NCBI GenBank assembly: GCA_016840065.1
Contig: JAEOTB010000055.1
Coordinates: 1 to 53,551 of the forward strand
Source of the DNA: Candidatus Hermodarchaeota archaeon
Lineage (GTDB): Archaea; Asgardarchaeota; Hermodarchaeia; Hermodarchaeales; Hermodarchaeaceae
Direction of reading: 5' to 3'
Length of the DNA stretch: 53,551 nt
Position 1 is the first letter of the stretch. Every line of letters starts with the position of its first letter. The notes under the pieces were generated by a model. The model was given only the letters and a program-made list of their open reading frames with translations. It made no database searches and had not been told where the DNA came from. The position numbers were made by a program, and so were the translations under genes. This document shows, piece by piece, positions 1 to 9,651 of the stretch.

Positions 1-1
1 G

Positions 2-196
2 CGCATATTATCTATAGCAAGAACAACAGGATATACTTGTACTGCTGTTGCTCGAATTGTACTTCAAGGGAAATTCGAAGAAAAAGGGGTCATCCCTCCA
101 GAACTATTAGGAAAACATCCAGAAGTCTATCACCAAGTTATTGAATATCTACGGAAGAGAGATGTGATGTTTAAGGAGACTATCGAAGAACTGTAA
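2..196 (+). CDS. C-terminal fragment of a saccharopine dehydrogenase-family oxidoreductase (gene starts before the window)
   Basis: Manual translation of frame 2: RILSIARTTGYTCTAVARIVLQGKFEEKGVIPPELLG...EEL*. The S-x-A-R-T-T-G-Y and GV-x-PPE motifs are typical of the saccharopine dehydrogenase C-terminus. Confidence 0.7.
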   Translation, partial: RILSIARTTGYTCTAVARIVLQGKFEEKGVIPPELLGKHPEVYHQVIEYLRKRDVMFKETIEEL

Positions 197-262
197 GACA
201 CACCAACCGAAAGCACAGACTAATAAACACAATAAACCGAGGTCGAATGAAACGAGGCTCAA

Positions 263-1171
263 ATGTTGGATATCAATAGCCACCGAATAACATTGAAACA
301 CCCCTTTGACCTAGACGCCACAATTGACTCCTGGATTTTCCCAGATATCCAACCAGCCCCTGAACATAAAATCCAAAACCAGCTAGCACGGTGCATCACC
401 ATTGAAGGGAAGACTGTACCGGTACGAGTGACACAACAAAGGAAGGGACAAAAACCAATACTGATGATCGAATGGCCAACTACCTGGAAAGGAAAAAACG
501 CATTAATTCAGCGAGTGAGGTACCTTTTGGGAATGGATGTGGATACAACCCATGTGCTAGCATCTCTTCGAGCAGACCCTGTAATCGGACACCTTGCCGA
601 CCCATTAGAAGGATTACGCCCTTATACACAGCCCTCTCTCTTTGAAGCGCTGGTGAAGGCGATACTGCAGCAGCAAATAAGTTACAGGCTAGCCTATCAG
701 TTGATACGTGACCTTGTGCTCGCTTATGGTTCTAGTTGTCGACTTGGAGAGTTGGAACTCTGGGATTTCCCAACAGCCCAGCGATTGGTAAGTTTATCTG
801 AGGAAGAGCTTCGTGCCCATAGAGTAGGCTACAAGGCGAAATTTATACTGGAGCTTAGCAAACGGATTGTATCAGGGGAGTTTGACCTGGAGGTTCTTAC
901 AAAGGAAAATACAGCAGTGGTGCTGCAAGCCCTTGACGCACTACCGGGTGTGGGGCCTTGGACAGCTGAACTCACAGCCCTTAGCGGATTGCGTCGACTT
1001 GAGGTTTTTCCCTATGATGACCTGGTAGTTCGAAACCTTATCTCAAAGCTCTACTTGAGGGGAGCATCAGTCAAAAGGAAAGATGTAGAAAAACTAGCTG
1101 AACGATGGGGTAATCAGGCACCAGGGGTTCTCTATTTCCTGATGGCGGCACAAGTACTGAATCTCATTTGA
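263..1171 (+). CDS. alkA: DNA-3-methyladenine glycosylase II (AlkA, HhH-GPD family)
   Basis: FEALVKAILQQQIS, HhH motif LPGVGPWTAE, catalytic FPYDD. Confidence 0.9.
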   Translation: MLDINSHRITLKHPFDLDATIDSWIFPDIQPAPEHKIQNQLARCITIEGKTVPVRVTQQRKGQKPILMIEWPTTWKGKNALIQRVRYLLGMDVDTTHVLASLRADPVIGHLADPLEGLRPYTQPSLFEALVKAILQQQISYRLAYQLIRDLVLAYGSSCRLGELELWDFPTAQRLVSLSEEELRAHRVGYKAKFILELSKRIVSGEFDLEVLTKENTAVVLQALDALPGVGPWTAELTALSGLRRLEVFPYDDLVVRNLISKLYLRGASVKRKDVEKLAERWGNQAPGVLYFLMAAQVLNLI

Positions 1172-1187
1172 TAGGAATTACTACCTC

Positions 1188-2816
1188 TTATGAACCAGAT
1201 GTTTTTTCCTTCTGGAGACGAGTAATTGCTTCCTGAACCGCCCTATGGACACCCGCATCCTCCTCCATTTCGAGTGCTTGTGTTAGAGGGGCAATTGCAC
1301 TTGGGTCACCAATCTCAGTCAATGCTGAGGCTGCCCCCCAACGAACCCCAGAATCCGCATCGCTCAAAGCTCGGACGAGGGGTGTTACAGCGCGTTTATC
1401 TTTGATTGCTCCTAGAGCCGAGGCTGCCCCCCAACGAACCCCAGAATCCGCATCGCTTAAAGCTTGTATTAGGGGTTCAACCGCTTGGGGGTTTCTGAGC
1501 CCTCCTAGTGCGGCAGCTGCTCCCCAGCGGACTGATGAGTCCGAGTCCTTCAGTGCTTGTACTAGTGCCTGAACAGCTCGAATATCCCTAATCCCACTAA
1601 GAGCACTTACGGCACCCCAGCGAACATCCCGAGACCCCTCCTTCAAGCAATGTAGCAGGGGCTCAATGGCTGGTTCACCGATTGAACTTAGAGCCTCTAC
1701 TACTCCTAGTCGTAATGCGACTCTTTCATCTTCTAATGCTTTAAGAAGGTGTTCGATTCCTGGAACTCCAATTTTTCCGAGGGCGGAGGAGATTCGCCAT
1801 CTGGAAGCATCATCTTGTACATTGGCCAAAGCTTCTAGAAGTTGCTTTATTGCTGGAACACCAATTTTTGCTAGAGAAGACACTGCACTCCATTGTACAA
1901 TACTGGATTCGTCATTCAGTTTGTGAACCAAGGGGATTACTGCCCTTGGATCACCGATTTTACCAAGAGTGACTATCGAGGCCCACCTTACATGCCATTC
2001 AGGATCCTCAAGACATCGAATGAGGGGGCCTACAGATTTCAAATCAATAATTTTCGCAAGAGCTTTTGCGGCAGCCCATCTGACTTGCCAATCTCTATCT
2101 AGCAATGCATGAATAATGGCGTCAAGGGTTCGCTCATCCTGAATCTTTGCCAATACTTCAATAGCGCTCCAACGCATCGTATTATCTGGGTTGTTTAAAA
2201 CCCGGAGAAGGTGATCAACAGCGGGCTTTCCTATCTTGCCTAATGCCTCTATAACACCAAGTCTGACTCGGCTTGCTTCATCGTTCAGAAGAGGGATTAG
2301 GAATGCCACTGACCTTGCATCTCTAATTTTACCCAGGGCAACAGCTGCTTGCCATCGGCAGTGCCAATCCTCGTCTTTGAGAACTCCGAGCAGTGGTTCT
2401 ACAACTCTCGGGTCCTTAAGTTTCCCTAAAACTTCAGCTGCTTTTTCTCGAACCCCAACAATAGGATCCTTTAGAGCCCTTGATAAAGCGTCGATGGCCT
2501 GTGATTCTCCGAGTTCACCGAGAGCACCAACAGCCGCCCAACGTACTCGCCAGACTTTATCTTTCAATAATTTGAGGAGGTGTTCAGTGGCTCTGGAATC
2601 GCCAATCTGACCTAGTGATACTGCTGCCATCCATCTTACTCCGGAGTCCTTATCTCCAAGGCTTTCAATCAGTGATTCTAAACCTTCTCTTGCTCTAAGT
2701 TGCCCTATGTCTTCAGCTGCTTTCCTTCGTGCCTGTGCGTCACCCTTTCTCAATGCATCCAGTAAGTAGGCAACGCGTTTCTCTGAACTCATCAGACTTC
2801 CCCAAACATTTCTCAT
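1188..2816 (-). CDS. HEAT-repeat (PBS-lyase type) alpha-solenoid protein, about 17 repeats
   Basis: 31-aa repeats D-x-D-x-x-VRW-x-AA-x-ALG-x-IGD-x-RAV-x-PLI-x-AL over the whole length. The start may be the second Met (MSSEK). Confidence 0.9.
   Translation of the reverse strand: MRNVWGSLMSSEKRVAYLLDALRKGDAQARRKAAEDIGQLRAREGLESLIESLGDKDSGVRWMAAVSLGQIGDSRATEHLLKLLKDKVWRVRWAAVGALGELGESQAIDALSRALKDPIVGVREKAAEVLGKLKDPRVVEPLLGVLKDEDWHCRWQAAVALGKIRDARSVAFLIPLLNDEASRVRLGVIEALGKIGKPAVDHLLRVLNNPDNTMRWSAIEVLAKIQDERTLDAIIHALLDRDWQVRWAAAKALAKIIDLKSVGPLIRCLEDPEWHVRWASIVTLGKIGDPRAVIPLVHKLNDESSIVQWSAVSSLAKIGVPAIKQLLEALANVQDDASRWRISSALGKIGVPGIEHLLKALEDERVALRLGVVEALSSIGEPAIEPLLHCLKEGSRDVRWGAVSALSGIRDIRAVQALVQALKDSDSSVRWGAAAALGGLRNPQAVEPLIQALSDADSGVRWGAASALGAIKDKRAVTPLVRALSDADSGVRWGAASALTEIGDPSAIAPLTQALEMEEDAGVHRAVQEAITRLQKEKTSGS
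1327..1457. repeat. Exact 38-bp direct repeat inside the HEAT gene, 93-bp period
   Basis: gaggctgccccccaacgaaccccagaatccgcatcgct at 1327-1364 and 1420-1457, encoding SDADSGVRWGAAS twice. Confidence 0.9.
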
Positions 2817-2880
2817 TCACCATAGTAGCTAATAATCTTGACTGTTCCGCATCAAAGCTGAAAATTTCCGAAGATTCTCA

Positions 2881-4104
2881 CTATTGCTTCCGAATCTTTT
2901 CCAGAGCAGTCTTCATCGCTTGGCGAACAGAGTTCTCTGATTCACTCTTCAGAGCTTGTTCTAGGGGTTTGGTTGCCTGAGGAGCACCAATCTGACCGAG
3001 AATCGCAGCAGCCTGCCATCGAACACCAATCCTTTCATCGTGTAAAGCTTTGATGAGGGGGTCGAGGGCCCGGGGTCCTATTTTGCCCAGGGCTTCTGCT
3101 ATGAATACTCGGAAACGGCTGTCTTCATCCTTCAGTGTTTCAACAAGACTTTCTGCTGCTTGGTCTCCTCCAATCATTCCTAGCGAGATGGTAGCTTCTC
3201 TACGCACTATACTATCAGAATCCGCTAATGTCCGACGTAGAGGTTCAATCGCCCTGGTATCTCCAATTAGACCCAAGGCTACAGTGGCTCTCCACCTTAC
3301 ATGCCAATCATCATCGCTTAAGGCTTCAATTAGAGGTTCAACTGCTTGTTCGTCACCGATTCTGCCTAGTGCTACAGCTGCACTCAATCTTACTTTCTGG
3401 CTGGGGTCCTTCAGAGCTTGGATCAAGGGCTCAATTGCTTGGTCACTTCCCACTTTTTGGAGTGCACCCGTGACTCCCCATCGTGTACGCCAGTCACCAT
3501 CCTTTAGGGCTTCCATTAGAGGTTCCACAGATTCAACTGACTCGACTCGTCTAAGGGCATCTGCTGCCTCGCCCTTGATATCGCTTTCATTGCTGCTCTG
3601 CAAGACTTGGAGTAGGGCTACAATAGCGGGTGTTCCTAGTTTACTTATGGCTTCGACCGCTTTGAGGCGAACCGCCCGATCCTCATCCTTTAGGCTATGG
3701 ATGAGTGGGTTTACTGCTCTTTCATCACCTATCATTCCCAGAGCAAGGGCTGCCCTCAATCTGACGCTGGTTTCTTTGTCCTTGAGGAGGAGAATGAGTG
3801 GAAACACTGCCTCCTTGTCTTTCATTTCACCCAAGGAGAGAGCAGCACAGCCCCGGACAACACTGTCCTCATCACTGAGTGTCTGAATGAGAGGGGCAAG
3901 GGCCCGTGGGTCGTTAATCATTCCAAGGCTTATGGCGGCACTCCACCTTACACTAGCTACCCTATCCTTGAGGGCACGGATCAAGGGCTCAACTGCTTTC
4001 ACGTTCTTTGTAATGCCTAGTTCTATCACTGCCCTCATTCGTGCGACGTTATCCTTCTGGTGCATCAGAATAGCTTCTAGTCGTTCTACTTCACCGTCAG
4101 ACAT
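2881..4104 (-). CDS. HEAT-repeat (PBS-lyase type) protein, about 13 repeats
   Basis: Same 31-aa repeat consensus as its tandem neighbour. Confidence 0.9.
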   Translation of the reverse strand: MSDGEVERLEAILMHQKDNVARMRAVIELGITKNVKAVEPLIRALKDRVASVRWSAAISLGMINDPRALAPLIQTLSDEDSVVRGCAALSLGEMKDKEAVFPLILLLKDKETSVRLRAALALGMIGDERAVNPLIHSLKDEDRAVRLKAVEAISKLGTPAIVALLQVLQSSNESDIKGEAADALRRVESVESVEPLMEALKDGDWRTRWGVTGALQKVGSDQAIEPLIQALKDPSQKVRLSAAVALGRIGDEQAVEPLIEALSDDDWHVRWRATVALGLIGDTRAIEPLRRTLADSDSIVRREATISLGMIGGDQAAESLVETLKDEDSRFRVFIAEALGKIGPRALDPLIKALHDERIGVRWQAAAILGQIGAPQATKPLEQALKSESENSVRQAMKTALEKIRKQ

Positions 4105-4281
4105 TGTATTCCCTTTTCGTAGATTGGTATTTCATATCGTCTTGGACTGATGGAATGATACCTGTTGTTGTAGATACTAGTTAAATTGGAATTAAAAAAG
4201 TTCCCGCCCTAATGGTGTTTCATCATTTCTGAGCATCTGGAGAGTGTTTCGGTACATTTGGTTAGTCTTTAGTTTGAAGGC

Positions 4282-4308
4282 AAACCTTATATTTAGGCAT
4301 GCCTAAAT
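4282..4308 (+). promoter_or_regulatory. BRE-TATA promoter overlapped by a DtxR/IdeR-type operator palindrome
   Basis: aaaccTTATATTT TATA box overlaps the perfect 18-bp palindrome ATTTAGGCATGCCTAAAT (4291-4308), directly upstream of a DtxR-family gene and feoB. Confidence 0.85.
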
Positions 4309-4315
4309 CTTCACC

Positions 4316-5038
4316 GTGACATCACCTCCTAAACCCCACACAGACCAAGAGTCAAAGACACAGAAAGAAAGAATGCCGAGTGCAAGCATCGAAGAATACC
4401 TAGAAGCAGTTTTCCGGCTACTAGAAACCAATCAGGAAAAATATGCAAAGACAGGAGAGCTTGCAGAACTATTGAAGGTAGCACCCGCCAGTGTGACACA
4501 GATGATTCAAAAGCTTGCCGCTCGAAAATACCTCATTTACCGAAAGGGTCAGGGGGTTCGACTAACTCAAAAGGGTAGAGAAGTAGCACTGGATGTTTTA
4601 AGGCGACATCGTGTTGCCGAGTTGCTACTTGTGGACCTTCTGGGGGTTAGCTGGGAGGAAGCCCATGAAGTGGCTTGTCAGTGGGAGCACATCCTTACTA
4701 AGGAGATGTGTGACAGGGTGTTGGTAAGACTTGGAGAGCCTACAACTTGCCCCCATGGAAACCCGATTCCCGACGGAGAAGGTAAGATATCCCAAGTTGA
4801 AACACAGGCTCTTGCTGAATTGGAGCAAGGAGAGGAGGCAATCATCGACAGTATTAGCAATGAGAACCCCAATCTCTTGCGAATAATGGCTTCGATGGGA
4901 ATGCTTCCAGGGGAGCACATCAGAGTTGTACAGATTGCACCAGGAGGCGATACACTTCTAATCGAGGTGGGAACCGCCCAATTTGCCCTTAGTCGAACCC
5001 TTGCTAAACAGATCCAGGTCAGAAAGGAACCACAATAA
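4316..5038 (+). CDS. DtxR/MntR/IdeR-family metal-dependent repressor with C-terminal FeoA (SH3-like) domain
   Basis: EEYLEAVF wHTH, RRHRVAE and ACQWEH metal sites, CPHGNPIP linker, FeoA-like tail (MASMGMLPGEHIRV). Confidence 0.93.
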   Translation: MTSPPKPHTDQESKTQKERMPSASIEEYLEAVFRLLETNQEKYAKTGELAELLKVAPASVTQMIQKLAARKYLIYRKGQGVRLTQKGREVALDVLRRHRVAELLLVDLLGVSWEEAHEVACQWEHILTKEMCDRVLVRLGEPTTCPHGNPIPDGEGKISQVETQALAELEQGEEAIIDSISNENPNLLRIMASMGMLPGEHIRVVQIAPGGDTLLIEVGTAQFALSRTLAKQIQVRKEPQ

Positions 5039-5057
5039 CTGGATAACAAGGTGACCG

Positions 5058-7301
5058 ATGATGTCCCGCCCGGAACCAAAGCGTCGCCGTCGTCGATGGA
5101 AACATCAACTTCCACCTTCAGATGAATTGAGTATCGCTCTAGTAGGAAACCCTAATGTTGGAAAGAGTGTAATCTTCAACAGCTGGACGGGACTCGGTGC
5201 AATTGTATCAAATTACCCTGGGACTACAGTCGAGATTCTAGAAGGTACCGTCTTCTTTTCAATCCATGATGTATACAAACCTGGAAGATTCCAAGAAAGT
5301 GACCTTCCTCCTTCAAGAGACAGAGAGTTGGACACCTCAGAAAGCGAACCTCAAATTGCAGATCAACCCCCAAGGCGTAGACGGCGAAGAAGGTTCAGGC
5401 GAAGGGAGAGCTCCAGTGGTTCATGTCATGGACCAGGTCGAGGGCGAAGGAGAAGAAGAAAAAGGAAAGCTGACACGCTCCGTTTGCGGATAGTAGATTT
5501 ACCAGGCTCTTACACTATAATCAGCCCAACTTCCCTGGATGAACAGGTAACGCTACGTTATCTCCAAGAAGAGCAACCAGATGCTATTGTTAACGTGCTG
5601 GACGCAACCAATCTTCAGCGAAACCTCTTAATGACAATAGCACTGCTCGAGTTTGACATACCTCTGGTAGTATGTCTCAATCAGATTGATTTAGCCCGAA
5701 AAATGGGCATAAATATCGACGTAAAAGCTCTAGAACGACTACTCGGAGTACCTGTAGTTCCCACGATTGCTTCTCAAGGAAAGAACCTCAGAGAGTTACT
5801 CAGGGTTGCTGCCAGGGCAGCCATTGGACGCCGCAGACGACGAAGACGACGAAGGATGATTTTCCCCAATGGAATAGAAGCAAAGCTTGTATCACTGGAG
5901 AAGCAGTTGGAAGCGGTAAATTTCTGTCCCATGGCGTTACCACCCAGGATTGTTTCCCAACAAATGCTTGAAGGAGAAAGCGGATGCGTCCAGTGCGCAA
6001 ATGATCACGCCCAAGGAAAGCAGGCAATTGAATATGTGGCAAGGTTACGTAAACAGATCGAGGAGGAGTTCGGACAAGATATCGTGTTAGTTCTGGGACA
6101 GAAGCGCCGGGATTATGCTAGCTATCTTGCTGAAAGAACTCAACAGGGGCAGGGCCAACGGGTCCCGCTCACGGAACGCATATCCGCAGTTCTTACCCAC
6201 AGAATCTGGGGACTACCAATAGCCGCCCTCATTCTCATAGGATCCTTACTACTGATTTTTGGTGTAGGCTTCATCTTCGATGAAACTGTCGGTACATTCT
6301 GGGATGCGGTAGTTGATCCCACAGCCTTAGCACTGTTAGGCACATGGATACCCTGGCCAATTATCCAAACCATACTATACTATGGTCTAATACTGGGCTT
6401 TCAAGGGTGGCTGTTCATCGCGGTGCCCTATGTGGTCACCTTCTATGTTCTCCTCTCAATCATGGAGGACACAGGATACATGGCCCGATTGGCCTTCCTG
6501 TTGGACGGTTTGATGCACAGAGTTGGACTTCACGGACGTGCTATTATTCCATTGTTCATGGGGATGGGGTGCAATGTTCCTGCGGTTCTGGGGAATCGTA
6601 TTCTCAACAGCAAGAAGGAGCGAGTTATTGCTGCCTTCCTAGTGGTCCTTGTTCCCTGCTCTGCCCAGCTATCGGTAATCATGGGCACAGTCGCCCGATA
6701 TGGACATATCATCTTCGCCTTCATCATATACGGTATTGTACTTGCCATCATCTTTGCACTGGGTGTCTTGTTGCAGCACACTGTTCCTGGTGAATCCTTT
6801 GGGCTGGTCATGGAGATGCCACCGCTTCGTCTTCCCCGAGCAAAAACAACTGTCAAGAAAACCTGGATCCGGTTCAAGGAGTTCGTCTACATTGCGCTCC
6901 CCTTCATCATTGTGGGCAGCGCTGTCCTTGGTATTCTTCTCGAAACCGGACTTCTGAACCTTGTGGTCGCACCCATGAGCCCACTAATTGTGGGGTGGCT
7001 TGGACTCCCAGCAATTACTGCTGCTGCCCTCATCTATGGTGTTCTGCGAAAGGAATTGACCGTGGAATTGTTACTAATCCTTGCCTCACCTCTCGGCATA
7101 GCTGCTTTCTTGACCATTAGGCAGATGTTTGTCTTTGCCCTGGTCACCACCATCTATGTGCCCTGTGTGGCAACCATAGGAGTCCTGGCTCGTGAATATG
7201 GGTGGAAGTACACAATCATAATAATGGTAACAACCATCGGGCTAGCCTTTCTAATTGGGGGTCTCGCCAACAACCTCCTAATGTTCCTAGGATATACCTA
7301 A
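5058..7301 (+). CDS. feoB: Ferrous iron transporter FeoB with Arg-rich insertions
   Basis: G1 GNPNVGKS, G2 NYPGTT, G3 DLPG, G4 NQID. Membrane-domain motifs EDTGYMARLAF, GCNVPA, VPCSAQ, MEMPP, YVPCVAT. Confidence 0.95.
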   Translation: MMSRPEPKRRRRRWKHQLPPSDELSIALVGNPNVGKSVIFNSWTGLGAIVSNYPGTTVEILEGTVFFSIHDVYKPGRFQESDLPPSRDRELDTSESEPQIADQPPRRRRRRRFRRRESSSGSCHGPGRGRRRRRKRKADTLRLRIVDLPGSYTIISPTSLDEQVTLRYLQEEQPDAIVNVLDATNLQRNLLMTIALLEFDIPLVVCLNQIDLARKMGINIDVKALERLLGVPVVPTIASQGKNLRELLRVAARAAIGRRRRRRRRRMIFPNGIEAKLVSLEKQLEAVNFCPMALPPRIVSQQMLEGESGCVQCANDHAQGKQAIEYVARLRKQIEEEFGQDIVLVLGQKRRDYASYLAERTQQGQGQRVPLTERISAVLTHRIWGLPIAALILIGSLLLIFGVGFIFDETVGTFWDAVVDPTALALLGTWIPWPIIQTILYYGLILGFQGWLFIAVPYVVTFYVLLSIMEDTGYMARLAFLLDGLMHRVGLHGRAIIPLFMGMGCNVPAVLGNRILNSKKERVIAAFLVVLVPCSAQLSVIMGTVARYGHIIFAFIIYGIVLAIIFALGVLLQHTVPGESFGLVMEMPPLRLPRAKTTVKKTWIRFKEFVYIALPFIIVGSAVLGILLETGLLNLVVAPMSPLIVGWLGLPAITAAALIYGVLRKELTVELLLILASPLGIAAFLTIRQMFVFALVTTIYVPCVATIGVLAREYGWKYTIIIMVTTIGLAFLIGGLANNLLMFLGYT

Positions 7302-7357
7302 AGATTAAAAGGTAAATACTTGAAGAAAAAATAGAGCACTCAAGGAGAAATATCAAA

Positions 7358-7507
7358 ATGTCAGAATACAGATGTCCCCTTTGCGGTACAGTCTTCGAAA
7401 AAGCACAGGCAACCGGCTGTGCAGGCTGCGCAATGGCCCGAGGCTGCGGCGCAATTGCCTGCCCGAACTGTGGTCACGAATTCGCAGCAATTCCAGAGGA
7501 AGCATAG
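7358..7507 (+). CDS. feoB-associated Cys-rich microprotein (49 aa; absent from ORF track)
   Basis: RBS AAGGAG at 7342-7347, then MSEYRCPLCGTVFEKAQATGCAGCAMARGCGAIACPNCGHEFAAIPEEA*. A T-rich stretch follows downstream. Confidence 0.85.
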   Translation: MSEYRCPLCGTVFEKAQATGCAGCAMARGCGAIACPNCGHEFAAIPEEA

Positions 7508-7706
7508 CTAGGAACGATTATTTCTAGAATCTAGCTGTGCTTCGTTTTTTCTCATTTAACTCCTCTAGTTATGGTGCAGGCCCGTTTCAGCTATCTTTAG
7601 AAGTTTAGAAGAGCTATTACTAAGAAAATGGTATTGATTCGAAGATAAAATGATATAAGTGGGTTCTACAGATAATTCGTAAGCCATACTATTTGGAGGG
7701 TATTGA

Positions 7707-9476
7707 ATGGTTAAGCCCTTGTCTGTTGAAGATGGTTTGTACAATAGGTCCAGGAAATCGGTATTAATGTTCATATTCCTTCTAATGATATTGGTGATGC
7801 CTAGCACTGTCGCTGTAAACACAAGCGAAGATAAGAAGGATATGCCGCAAACATCACATGAAAACATCCTACCAATGGGGCAATCGTTTCATACCGAGGA
7901 CCCTGATTTCGTCAATAGAGTGGATACAGAACAGCCAAGGAATTGGCGTTCTACCTTCATCGAAATCCGCAGTGATGATGACTTTGTATCGCTTGGCCTC
8001 CCTGGCAGCGGCACCGAGGGTGACCCCTACCTCATCGAGAACCTAACAATATTCGAAATCGATATCAGTGATACTACTTTTCACTTCCGTATTCAGAACT
8101 GCACACTGTCTAACCCTCCTTACAGCTCTTCTACGGCAGTTGATTTGAACCAAGTAGAGAATGCTCAAATCATAAACAACTCAATACTTGGATATAGTAG
8201 GGGCATTACGATTTCCAATTGGGGCATAGAAGGTGGCGACCGCTTAATAGAAAATAACACTATTCTTGCCACCTGGCAAGGAATTTATTTTGATTATGCG
8301 TATAATAACACTATTACCAATAATGAGATGATTTGGGGAGGAATTGAGCTATCTGGTAGACGACAAACACAGATCACTGGAAACACACTCAATGGTAAAC
8401 CCATTGTATACTGGCATGATCGTATAGGCGGTACGGTTCCAAGCGATGCAGGGCAAGTAATACTGATAAATTGTTCTTATGTTAGCATAAACGAGTTAGC
8501 ATTAGCTGATTCGTATCCAGGGATTTTCCTCTATTACTGCGATAATTCGACTATCAAAGACAACATCTTCAATAACGTGTCAAAATGCATCTATCTCAAA
8601 TATTGTACTGGAATTTCCGTTACCAACAACCTCTTCCTGAATGGGTGTTGGGATGCCATTTCCATTATTGACTCGAATGATAACAATGTGACAAACAATA
8701 TCATAGATAACGCCATAGATGATGGCATCATGGTTTACGAATGTGTAAGGACTAAAATTCAGAACAATACCTGCATAGTAACCGATGGTATAGGTATCAC
8801 CATATACAATGAACATTCCTTTAGACACGGAGAAGATGTGCTTGAGGGCAACTTTTGTCACAGTAGCCGCTATGGAATCAATGTTGAGGATTCATACTAC
8901 ACTCAAGTTCTTAATAACAATTGTAGCAACAACTCCCGAAGTGGTTTGTATTTACGCAATGCGGATGGGTGTCATGTCTTCAACAATTCTTGTACCAATA
9001 ATGGAGAGTATGGTTTAGTTTTCTACGGCGATGGTGGTCAGATTCTATTCAACAATTTAACAGGCAATGGAGATTATGGGCTAGTAATCAGCGGAAGGAG
9101 TCCTGTTATCGGTAACCTCTTCATAGATAACGGTCTAGCCGGCGCATATTCAGTTTACGAGTACCCGGACACACCAATCCAGTACAACTATTGGTCTGAT
9201 TATACTGGTTATGATACCAGCGGAGATGGAATCGGTGATATCCCCCACCCCATTCCCTGTTGGAGAACTATAGAGCATCCAAATAGATACCAACTCGGTA
9301 ATAGAGACCCATTCCCCCTAACAAGAGGGTTATCGTTGAGCGAGCGCGACAATCTGATTCGCACCCATAACATAGCAAGCGCGTTTGTACGGATCCTCTC
9401 GGGGTGTATTGTATTCTCAGTAATAGCACTCCTAGTCGTAATATATCACAGAAGGAGGAATAAGAAGAGACCTTGA
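7707..9476 (+). CDS. Membrane-anchored right-handed parallel beta-helix (NosD/CASH-like) surface protein
   Basis: Hydrophobic signal segment, GSGTEGDPYLIEN, Asn-rich xxNNxxxNN-xxGI repeats, NYWSDY...GDGIGDIP, C-terminal TM helix and basic tail. Confidence 0.85.
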   Translation: MVKPLSVEDGLYNRSRKSVLMFIFLLMILVMPSTVAVNTSEDKKDMPQTSHENILPMGQSFHTEDPDFVNRVDTEQPRNWRSTFIEIRSDDDFVSLGLPGSGTEGDPYLIENLTIFEIDISDTTFHFRIQNCTLSNPPYSSSTAVDLNQVENAQIINNSILGYSRGITISNWGIEGGDRLIENNTILATWQGIYFDYAYNNTITNNEMIWGGIELSGRRQTQITGNTLNGKPIVYWHDRIGGTVPSDAGQVILINCSYVSINELALADSYPGIFLYYCDNSTIKDNIFNNVSKCIYLKYCTGISVTNNLFLNGCWDAISIIDSNDNNVTNNIIDNAIDDGIMVYECVRTKIQNNTCIVTDGIGITIYNEHSFRHGEDVLEGNFCHSSRYGINVEDSYYTQVLNNNCSNNSRSGLYLRNADGCHVFNNSCTNNGEYGLVFYGDGGQILFNNLTGNGDYGLVISGRSPVIGNLFIDNGLAGAYSVYEYPDTPIQYNYWSDYTGYDTSGDGIGDIPHPIPCWRTIEHPNRYQLGNRDPFPLTRGLSLSERDNLIRTHNIASAFVRILSGCIVFSVIALLVVIYHRRRNKKRP

Positions 9477-9497
9477 GCATAAAGGAAATGGAGGTAA

Positions 9498-9545
9498 ACC
9501 AGTCGATCTGACTGGTGACCCCCACCTGTTTTTTCTTCATTTTTC
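9498..9545 (+). terminator. Hairpin plus T-tract terminator
   Basis: accagtc-gatct-gactggt stem-loop followed by ttttttcttcattttt, after the beta-helix gene. Confidence 0.55.
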
Positions 9546-9651
9546 GACCCTAGCTGTTAAGCTAGTTTTGATTAGATGACCCCTTTTCCAAAGGATTTTA
9601 GGTAGAGTTAACGAGAAGAGAATTGTATTGCTTCTTTGGAGGGTACATTAA

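Noticed and set aside
1666-4150. Long plus-strand ORFs antisense to the HEAT genes (e.g. 3050..3886)
   Set aside because: Shadow ORFs from repetitive codon usage, S/R/A-rich and without motifs. The same applies to the other nested ORFs in the track.
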